A stretch of DNA of 64,000 nt. Origin: Gammaproteobacteria bacterium. Lineage in GTDB: Bacteria; Pseudomonadota; Gammaproteobacteria; Eutrophobiales; Eutrophobiaceae. Positions 54,995-64,000 of the stretch are shown piece after piece; the first letter of the stretch is position 1; the number at the start of each line of letters is the position of its first letter. The notes below the pieces were generated by a model. That model did no database searches. It worked only from the letters and a program-made list of their open reading frames with translations, and was not told where the DNA came from. Location: NCBI GenBank assembly GCA_965238225.1, contig OZ250183.1:1248001-1312000 (forward strand), written 5' to 3'. The position numbers and the translations under genes are program-made.

Positions 54995-57324
54995 TATTCA
55001 GCCTGCCTATCTATATAATCTATCTCTTTAATCGTCCTAATCGGCATATTATGTTCTGAAATTGCTTCAATTGAAGCATCATCAAATTGACTTAATAACT
55101 GACCTTTTTCGTTGCTAATAATATAATCAGATACCTCATCGCTTAAATCTCTACCTAATGCGATCATAATGCTATTGTATTTTTTCCTGCTGATAAATAT
55201 TTTTTGATAATCGTTGCCACAAATATCCTGCAAACTGCCAAGATTTTGCGGGAACATGGTGTTTGAATTGCTATCCAACCACTTGCTAACGGTGTTTTCA
55301 GCAATGTTGCATTTATTGGCAATTTCTACTATTTTGTCATTATCCGTGCAATATTGGCTTAATATATCTTTCCATAACTTAGCATTGTCCAAAATTTCCT
55401 TGAATTTTCCTTGTTTATCAGCATCAACAGCAATGTCAAATAACACCTCTTTGTGCTGATTGTTATACACTCTAACTTTATCTCCTACACGCAAATCACC
55501 CACACTACACTTCTCTGGCTCATTGTGTTGGTTGATTAAAATAAGTGTACTGTTAGCCGACAATTCTACATCGCTGCCATCCTCAAAAATAACCTTTTTG
55601 CTTATATGGTCTTGATAAGAGTTTTGATACTCTTTGTCATCAGGTGGCTTGTTATCAAAAATTCTATATAGTAAATTATCAGCACTTTCGGGTGTAATAT
55701 CATCAGGATAATCTATGCCCGTTAATTGTTTTCTATCGCGTGATCGGTATTCTGCTATCAGATCATTATCATATCGTTTATCAAAATCCTGATACAGCTC
55801 ATACTCCAGATCATAAAGTAGCCAATTAATTGTATGGCGACTGTCTTTTATTGAGCGATAAAAATCATAATCCATCAAAGATAAAATAGTGATGCTTTTG
55901 GGCGATGGTAGTTTTTTTAATTGACTAAAAGAAATGATTTCTGTTTTCTGCCAATTAAATTTCTTAATTTCCATTTGCCAAACTGCTAAGGTTTGTCCTT
56001 TTGGCACCAACAAATAATCTGTTTCTGTTGCTTGTTGTAGTGTGTGTGTTTTGGCATTATTTTCAAAAGAAAATTGCTCTAAAATAACACCATAATCTAT
56101 TTCTAACTGCTGACAAAATTCTGTGCAACCCTTGCCAATATTGCTAAATTCTTCACCTAATACTCGCTTTGATTTTTCCTTGAAGCTATGCAATAAACCA
56201 TCCACTCCATTTTTTAAGCGGCTGTCTTTTGCTAATACGACTAACGGAAAAATATAAGAAATATAGGGTAATATTCTTGACTGTAAATCAATATAATTAT
56301 CTTGTTCTAATTGTTTAATATTGTTGATAAATTTTTCTCTTAGTTCGGTCAAAACCTTATTTTCTACTTTGATAGGTTCAATTGTACTCGACGGTACATC
56401 GCAAAGATATTGATATTCTGGCTCTGTCCATCTCCATTTTAATATTGGTTCAATGTCAGGCTTTTGCTCACCAATGCAAATAGCCTGTTTAAAATGTCCT
56501 CTATCAATATCTTGCTTGATTTGATGGTTATATTTATTACCAATAAAAACGATTGCTTCTAATTTAATATCTTTGTCAAAAATATATTGTTGTATTGTTT
56601 TATAATCTGAGACAACAAAAAACATAGAGTCTGCTAATTCAATATTTTTAGTTTCCACACCACTATCTGCAATATGTATGTATGGAAAGGCTTTTTCCTC
56701 CAAAGCTTCAAAGCTACCTTTAAACTCATTTTTTGAGCAACAAATGGCAAATTTATATGGAAAAGACCGTATTTGCTCTTTTATATTCAATGTTTCTTTT
56801 AGAAAATCGGACATTGGCTTGACCGGAGTTCTGTTATTATTTGCTGCCTCATCAGATAGTTTTGTATAATCTTTACCCAAGTCGCTTAAATTAGGTCTGC
56901 AAGTCACCTTTTCGCTTACACCCCTGCTTTTACCCTCTAAAATAACTATTTTACGTCCACGATTGTCACAATGCTTAACTTCTCGTACCTCAAATATTTT
57001 ATCCTTGTTGTTTTTGTATCTTTGTCCTTTCTTAGGATCATCTTTTTCGTCCTCACAATAATTATTTTCAAAAAAATGCACCGACGATGCAAAAATAACT
57101 GTTTGATAAAGTTTATTTAGCTTATTGTTATCGATATGAATCCAGAAGTTTTTGCTTTTATCTAATGCTTGTTTTGTCAGAGCAATATTAATTTTATCAA
57201 ATTTTGAAAAATTAAAGTCTCCATACTTTATTTCTTCATCTGATTTTTTTAAGATTTTTTGCAGATAGTTAATAATTTTCATTCGCGCATTAAAAAGAAA
57301 GCGTCGATCTATTTTAAAAATCAA
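54994..57324 (-). CDS. Large hypothetical protein, possibly DISARM class II DrmE
   Basis: 776 aa, overlaps the drmA start; identity inferred from size and position. Confidence 0.5.
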   Translation of the reverse strand: MIFKIDRRFLFNARMKIINYLQKILKKSDEEIKYGDFNFSKFDKINIALTKQALDKSKNFWIHIDNNKLNKLYQTVIFASSVHFFENNYCEDEKDDPKKGQRYKNNKDKIFEVREVKHCDNRGRKIVILEGKSRGVSEKVTCRPNLSDLGKDYTKLSDEAANNNRTPVKPMSDFLKETLNIKEQIRSFPYKFAICCSKNEFKGSFEALEEKAFPYIHIADSGVETKNIELADSMFFVVSDYKTIQQYIFDKDIKLEAIVFIGNKYNHQIKQDIDRGHFKQAICIGEQKPDIEPILKWRWTEPEYQYLCDVPSSTIEPIKVENKVLTELREKFINNIKQLEQDNYIDLQSRILPYISYIFPLVVLAKDSRLKNGVDGLLHSFKEKSKRVLGEEFSNIGKGCTEFCQQLEIDYGVILEQFSFENNAKTHTLQQATETDYLLVPKGQTLAVWQMEIKKFNWQKTEIISFSQLKKLPSPKSITILSLMDYDFYRSIKDSRHTINWLLYDLEYELYQDFDKRYDNDLIAEYRSRDRKQLTGIDYPDDITPESADNLLYRIFDNKPPDDKEYQNSYQDHISKKVIFEDGSDVELSANSTLILINQHNEPEKCSVGDLRVGDKVRVYNNQHKEVLFDIAVDADKQGKFKEILDNAKLWKDILSQYCTDNDKIVEIANKCNIAENTVSKWLDSNSNTMFPQNLGSLQDICGNDYQKIFISRKKYNSIMIALGRDLSDEVSDYIISNEKGQLLSQFDDASIEAISEHNMPIRTIKEIDYIDRQAE

Positions 57325-58070
57325 CTTTTATTGTCTGAAGATTCTTGAAGCCTTCTCGCTTTTCGATGTTTGTGAATAAAAAACAAAGTCATAACTGGGC
57401 CTGAAATAGCATAGATTAAAGCGATAGAAAATAGTACCAGCGGCGGTTCGCTAGCAATAAACACAAATAATAATACAAGGATTAATATCCTGACAAAAGG
57501 AACACGACCCTTAAAATTTATTTCTTTGAAACTGTAAAAACCTATATTACTGACCATTAATATGCCAGCAAGCACTGTGATAGAAAATGCAATTATAGTC
57601 AGACTTTTAATCTCTACGAATTCTTGTGTTCCGCCAAGCCATATACTCCCCGCGATCATGGCGGCGGCGGCTGGACTTGGCAGCCCTTGAAAAAATCGCT
57701 TGTCGTAGCTAGCAGCTTGCGTATTAAAGCGAGCAAGTCGAAGTGCGGCCGATGCTGCATAAACAAATGCGGCAAGCCAACCCAGCTTGCCCATATCAGA
57801 TAAAACCCATTGATACATAATCAATGCAGGCGCTAAGCCAAACGAAACCATATCTGCTAAACTATCGTACTCAAGGCCGAAATCTGATTGAGTGTTTGTT
57901 AAACGAGCAATACGACCATCTAATCCATCCATAACCATGGCAACAAAAATAGCGATGGCGGCACTTTCAAATTGCGAATTCATGGCCGAAACAATGCTAT
58001 AGAAACCAGCAAACAAACCTGCTGTGGTAAGCAGATTTGGTAGTAGATAAATGCCGCGACGACGTTTCAA
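57321..58070 (-). CDS. pssA: CDP-diacylglycerol--serine O-phosphatidyltransferase
   Basis: YLLPNL.T, DGLDGRIAR...FG.EYDSLADMVSFG, LRLARFN, FQGLPSP. Confidence 0.95.
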   Translation of the reverse strand: MKRRRGIYLLPNLLTTAGLFAGFYSIVSAMNSQFESAAIAIFVAMVMDGLDGRIARLTNTQSDFGLEYDSLADMVSFGLAPALIMYQWVLSDMGKLGWLAAFVYAASAALRLARFNTQAASYDKRFFQGLPSPAAAAMIAGSIWLGGTQEFVEIKSLTIIAFSITVLAGILMVSNIGFYSFKEINFKGRVPFVRILILVLLFVFIASEPPLVLFSIALIYAISGPVMTLFFIHKHRKARRLQESSDNKS

Positions 58071-58228
58071 ATGTATTCTGCCTTAATAATTAACAATTTA
58101 ATTTTGAGAACTTGATCTTTTATAAGTCTCAATATGAAGCATACGCCGATGCAAGTAATCTATTCCATTCAATCTTTGTTCAAACAACATAAGCTCTTAT
58201 TCAATTACATAAATAAATATTTATGTTC

Positions 58229-58939
58229 TCAAGCGGCATCACCTGCAACGATATCTTTACCATGAGGGTTATTATCGTTAATCATGCTCGCTGGACTCTC
58301 ATGGATAAGATGAGCAATAATACCCTCACCTGAAGTAATCCATTGATCAAGATCAACCTCCAATTTTGAAATTTCAGAAAAGAATACATCAACCGTGCCG
58401 CCAAAATACAAAAAGCCACATCTTTGTCCTTGACCAAGTCTCTCGCCCGATTGTATATAGATCCGAAAGAATATAGAGGCGTAGGATTTAAGTCTGAATA
58501 CGGTAACAACATCATCACCTTCATCTGTTCTAACCCAGAAAGCAAATTTACGTTGCCCGTTCCCTTTCTTGCGTTTCTCTGACCATTGCTCCATCACCTT
58601 ACCTTCAACAGGACTACGGAAAGAACAAACATTAAGGCTAGACATTTTTAATCTGACTCTTCTCGCCCGTCGATTAAGCCCCTGCTTACTCATCCATGGG
58701 TCATCTGTGTCGTCAATCTCCGTAATTTTTCCTTCTACTGGACTTACAATTGCAAGCGGTGAAGATGGAATAATCCGTTCTGGATCTCTTAATAAAAACA
58801 GAAAAAAACAAAAAACCGTAGTCAAAATAAACGCAATAGTGCTACTGATAAAATTAAACGACAGCACAGCACAGCTACCTAGCACAAACAACAACAGCCA
58901 ACCTTCTTTAGCGATAAAAGTGTAACGGCTACCAGACAT
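58229..58939 (-). CDS. Phosphatidylserine decarboxylase-like protein lacking the catalytic Ser
   Basis: IAKEGW, RDPER, IVSPVEGKI, RSPVEG, QGQRCG; YFGGTVD in place of FGSRVD. Confidence 0.75.
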   Translation of the reverse strand: MSGSRYTFIAKEGWLLLFVLGSCAVLSFNFISSTIAFILTTVFCFFLFLLRDPERIIPSSPLAIVSPVEGKITEIDDTDDPWMSKQGLNRRARRVRLKMSSLNVCSFRSPVEGKVMEQWSEKRKKGNGQRKFAFWVRTDEGDDVVTVFRLKSYASIFFRIYIQSGERLGQGQRCGFLYFGGTVDVFFSEISKLEVDLDQWITSGEGIIAHLIHESPASMINDNNPHGKDIVAGDAA

Positions 58940-59061
58940 TTTTTATATTAAAATAACAAAGATTCTGCAGTCAGCACAAAGATTTTTTTACAATAAAAAA
59001 GATTAATAATAATAAAACTTTATGTCTATCATCAGGCTATTTTTGAAAAAAATAAAACAGT

Positions 59062-60210
<1,149 letters not shown>

Positions 60211-60213
60211 CTA

Positions 60214-60699
60214 TTATATTGCCTTATCTCCACGCGCAATACCTGATACTCCTGATCGCACAACCTCCAAAATATCGTTTTCACCCAGCACATCAATAAA
60301 GGCATCCAGCTTATCACCAGCCCCTGTCATTTCTATTGTGTATGTGTTATCTGTGACATCAATAATACGGCCACGGAAAATATCTACCAGCCGTTTAATT
60401 TCTTCTCGATTTTCACCCTTAGCCTGCAGTTTTATCAGCATGAGTTCACGCTCAATATGGCGACTTTCATTCAAATCAACCACCTTGATCACATCAACCA
60501 GTTTATTTAAATGCTTGGTAATCTGTTCTATCACTTCGTCTGAACCGGAGGTTACTATGGTCATGCGTGAAACAGTGCGATCTTCTGTTGGCGCAACTGT
60601 CAGTGACTCAATATTATACGCACGTGCCGAAAATAGACCGGCAACGCGCGACAATGTGCCCGTTTCATTTTCCATGAGTAGTGAAAGTATATGTTTCAT
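60214..60699 (-). CDS. ilvN: Acetolactate synthase small subunit
   Basis: LSRVAGLFSAR.YNIESLTV, ERELMLIK. Confidence 0.95.
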   Translation of the reverse strand: MKHILSLLMENETGTLSRVAGLFSARAYNIESLTVAPTEDRTVSRMTIVTSGSDEVIEQITKHLNKLVDVIKVVDLNESRHIERELMLIKLQAKGENREEIKRLVDIFRGRIIDVTDNTYTIEMTGAGDKLDAFIDVLGENDILEVVRSGVSGIARGDKAI

Positions 60700-62429
60700 G
60701 GCGATCTTATACCTTCTTCTGATGATAGATACATCTCATGATGTCCCTTGCCTGAAACAATCATCGGGTATACGTTTTCTGTTTTATCAGTAACAAAATC
60801 AATGAACACTACTTTTTCTTTTTCTTGTAATGCTTCTTTCAATGCTGATTCAACATCGGCAGACTTTTCAATATGCATGCCAATATGACCATAACTTTCA
60901 ATCAACTTAACAAAATCAGGCAAAGCTTCCATATAAGAATGCGAATAACGCTTCTCATAGAAAAACTCCTGCCATTGCCTGACCATACCCATATAACGAT
61001 TGTTCAGATTAATCACAATAAAAGAAATGTCGTATTGCAAGCAGGTGGATAATTCCTGCAAGCACATAACAATACTTGCATCGCTTGTAATGCAGACAAC
61101 TGTTTCGTCAGGAAAGGCTTTTTTAACGCCCATAGCAGCTGGCAATCCAAAGCCCATGGTGCCTAAACCACCTGAATTAATCCATTTTCTGGGCTTATCA
61201 AATTTATAGTATTGCGCCGCCCACATCTGATGTTGCCCAACATCTGAAGTAATGTAGGCATCTCCCTTGCTTAGCTCATACAGTTTTTCAATAACGAACT
61301 GTGGCTTAATAATCTCGCTCTCACGATCATATTTAAGACAATCGATTCCTTGCCATTCTTTAATTTGATTCCACCACGGTTTTATATCTTTTGTACTCGG
61401 CAAGTCTTTGCGACCATTCAATAAATCAGATAAATCACTTAGAACATGTTTAATGTCACCAACAATAGGAATATCAACCGGCACATTTTTTGCGATGGAA
61501 GACGGATCTATATCAATATGGATAATTGTTGCCAATGGACAGAACTGCTTGATATCCCCTGTCACGCGATCATCGAACCGAGCGCCAATGGCGATTAAGA
61601 CATCACATTGATGCATTGCCATGTTTGCTTCATAGGTACCATGCATTCCCAACATGCCGATGAATTGCTTATCCGTGCCAGGGTAGGCTCCTAAACCCAT
61701 CAGCGTATTGGTAATTGGAAAGCCCAGTGTACGCGTAAATGATGTGAGTTCTTCACTGGCATTCGAGAGGATAACGCCACCCCCCGCATAAACCATTGGC
61801 CGTCTAGCAGAAGCAATTAAATCAGCCGCATGTTTAATTTGACGCATATTCCCCTTAAGGACAGGCTTGTAGGAACGCATATCCACACTCTTGGGATATT
61901 CATACTCACAACTATCAGCAGTAATATCTTTTGGCATATCTACAACTACAGGCCCTGGACGACCTGTGGTCGCAACATAAAATGCTTTTTTGATGGTGAC
62001 AGCCATATCTTCAACTTTCTTCACCATGAAGTTATGTTTCACGCAAGGACGGGTCACGCCGACAGCATCAACCTCCTGAAAAGCATCATTGCCAATCAAA
62101 TGCGTCGGCACCTGACCAGTAAAAACAACCATGGGAATAGAGTCCATGTACGCAGTGGCAATGCCTGTCACACAATTAGTCACGCCTGGACCTGAGGTCA
62201 CCAAAACCACGCCAGGTTTGCCTGTTGCGCGCGCATAGGCATCGGCAGCATGTGTTGCGCCTTGTTCGTGACGTACCAGAATATGCTCGACATCATCCTG
62301 CTTATACAAGGCATCGTAGACATGCAAAACAGAGCCGCCAGGGTAGCCAAACAAATGCTTGACCCCTTCGTCTTTTATAGCGCGGACAAAAATTTCCGCC
62401 CCTTGAAGCACCTCTTTTGATTTACTCAA
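60696..62429 (-). CDS. ilvB: Acetolactate synthase large subunit
   Basis: FGYPGG, VRHEQGA, TSGPG, DVGQHQMW, SGGLGTMG, GMVRQWQ. Confidence 0.95.
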   Translation of the reverse strand: MSKSKEVLQGAEIFVRAIKDEGVKHLFGYPGGSVLHVYDALYKQDDVEHILVRHEQGATHAADAYARATGKPGVVLVTSGPGVTNCVTGIATAYMDSIPMVVFTGQVPTHLIGNDAFQEVDAVGVTRPCVKHNFMVKKVEDMAVTIKKAFYVATTGRPGPVVVDMPKDITADSCEYEYPKSVDMRSYKPVLKGNMRQIKHAADLIASARRPMVYAGGGVILSNASEELTSFTRTLGFPITNTLMGLGAYPGTDKQFIGMLGMHGTYEANMAMHQCDVLIAIGARFDDRVTGDIKQFCPLATIIHIDIDPSSIAKNVPVDIPIVGDIKHVLSDLSDLLNGRKDLPSTKDIKPWWNQIKEWQGIDCLKYDRESEIIKPQFVIEKLYELSKGDAYITSDVGQHQMWAAQYYKFDKPRKWINSGGLGTMGFGLPAAMGVKKAFPDETVVCITSDASIVMCLQELSTCLQYDISFIVINLNNRYMGMVRQWQEFFYEKRYSHSYMEALPDFVKLIESYGHIGMHIEKSADVESALKEALQEKEKVVFIDFVTDKTENVYPMIVSGKGHHEMYLSSEEGIRSP

Positions 62430-62744
62430 AACCTTGTTTCCTAGCAGTTGTATGTTTTATATTTTTAAGAAAATGTAAGCTTCTGAAAGTTACTGATATT
62501 CTTGCTTCAGGTCAAGTTGTGCTGTGCACAAAATGTAATATTTATAAAGTCTTGGTGACTCTTGTAAAAGTATGTCTAAAGGTCGAGAACAACGCAAACC
62601 TTGACGTTAAGCCTTTGGCTTTGTACTGGGATAACTTTACCAAAAAATACAAAACTATTACTGGGTTTAGAACATACGTTTCCAAGTGGTTTAGGTATAA
62701 GCTAAGATACGCATCCAGATATATTTTAATCAGAAACTTTAAAG

Positions 62745-64000
62745 ATGCGAATTTCTAAATACTTGATTGCTACTCTTAGAGAAGTTCCTGCTGAAACTGA
62801 AATCATCAGTCATCAACTGATGTTAAAAGCAGGCATGATCCGAAAAGTTGCATCGGGCATCTACACTTGGCTACCCATGGGTCTTCGTGTATTGCGTAAA
62901 ATAGAGGCAATTATTCGTGAAGAAATGGATCAAATAGGTGCTCAGGAGTTATTGATGCCAAGTGTCCAACCAGCAGAACTGTGGCAAGAATCAGGTCGCT
63001 GGGATCAATATGGGTCTGAGTTGTTGCGTATTCAAGATAGACACAAGCGTGATTTTTGTCTCGGTCCTACTCATGAAGAGATTATTACCGATTTGATCCG
63101 TAAAGAAATTAGAAGTTATAAACAATTGCCGGCTAATTTTTACCAGATACAAACTAAATTTCGTGACGAAATCAGGCCACGTTTTGGCATTATGCGCGCA
63201 CGTGAATTCTTAATGAAAGATGCTTACTCATTTCATATAACAGACGAATCTCTGCAAACAACCTATCAGGAAATGTTCTCCACCTATACTAGAATCTTTA
63301 CACGTCTAGGCTTAAAATTCCTTACGGTACAAGCTGATAGCGGCAATATTGGTAGCGGTGCTTCGCATGAATTTCATGTATTGGCTGATTCCGGGGAAGA
63401 TCAAATTGTCTTCAGCGAAGAAGGCACCTATGCCACAAATATTGAACTCGCCGAAGCACCAATTCCCACAGGCAAACGTGATGAACCTCACGCAATACTA
63501 GAATCTGTAGACACGCCTAAACAACATAGCATTGAAGAGCTTTGCCAGTTTTTAAACATAAGCGCTAATAAATGCATCAAAACATTAATAGTAAAAGGAC
63601 ACAATCAATCACTCGTCGCCATGGTGCTTAGAGGGGATCATGAACTCAATAAAGTGAAAGCAGAAAAAATATCTGCCGTTAAAAAACCACTTGAGTTTGC
63701 CGATGCCGCAGAAATCAAGAAATTATTAAATTGCGCGCCAGGCTCTATTGGGCCAGTGAATATCAATATTCCTGTCGTCGTTGATCACAGTGCCTTACAT
63801 ACTACAGATTTCGTCTGTGGTGCTAATGAAGATGACAAACACCTTACTGGTGTCAACTGGGGACGCGACTTACCTGAACCGCAAAGCGTTGACATTCGCA
63901 ACATTGTAAAAGGTGAGCCTGCAATAGACGGTTCAGGCATACTTAATATTACCAAAGGCATAGAAGTTGGTCATATCTTTCAGTTAGGAAAAAAATACAG
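62745..64000 (+). CDS. proS: Proline--tRNA ligase (runs off window edge)
   Basis: Own translation [15 protein letters not shown]...[22 protein letters not shown]; [29 protein letters not shown]. Confidence 0.96.
   Translation, partial: MRISKYLIATLREVPAETEIISHQLMLKAGMIRKVASGIYTWLPMGLRVLRKIEAIIREEMDQIGAQELLMPSVQPAELWQESGRWDQYGSELLRIQDRHKRDFCLGPTHEEIITDLIRKEIRSYKQLPANFYQIQTKFRDEIRPRFGIMRAREFLMKDAYSFHITDESLQTTYQEMFSTYTRIFTRLGLKFLTVQADSGNIGSGASHEFHVLADSGEDQIVFSEEGTYATNIELAEAPIPTGKRDEPHAILESVDTPKQHSIEELCQFLNISANKCIKTLIVKGHNQSLVAMVLRGDHELNKVKAEKISAVKKPLEFADAAEIKKLLNCAPGSIGPVNINIPVVVDHSALHTTDFVCGANEDDKHLTGVNWGRDLPEPQSVDIRNIVKGEPAIDGSGILNITKGIEVGHIFQLGKKY

Noticed and set aside
62417-62758. 113-aa ORF between ilvB and proS
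   Set aside because: No recognisable motifs; spans a divergent promoter region and overlaps both starts

Overview
AT-rich chromosome segment of a gammaproteobacterium. Core blocks: fabI, ppiD-hupB-lon-clpX-clpP-tig, cysS, lpxH-ampE-ampD, nadC, rlmB, rlmD, cysM, leuA, pssA, ilvBNC, proS and seven tRNA genes. The strongest signal is missed by the ORF track: tRNA-Arg(UCU) in the Pro-Arg-His-Lys cluster is split between anticodon positions 34 and 35 by a 484-nt group I intron. The intron has a recognisable P/Q/R/S core, P1/P10 guide, terminal G and a ~250-nt structured non-coding expansion in P6. Accessory DNA comprises an intact TIR + small membrane protein pair behind tRNA-Lys (candidate defence system), a truncated IS1595 carrying a Panacea/SocA antitoxin and a membrane partner, and a partial DISARM class II-like drmE-drmA-drmB island with a frameshifted helicase. 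Genome erosion is visible as pseudogenes (ppiB, typA, DUF924, a STAS/HATPase gene) and many short tandem duplications. All calls come from motif recognition by eye; no searches were run.
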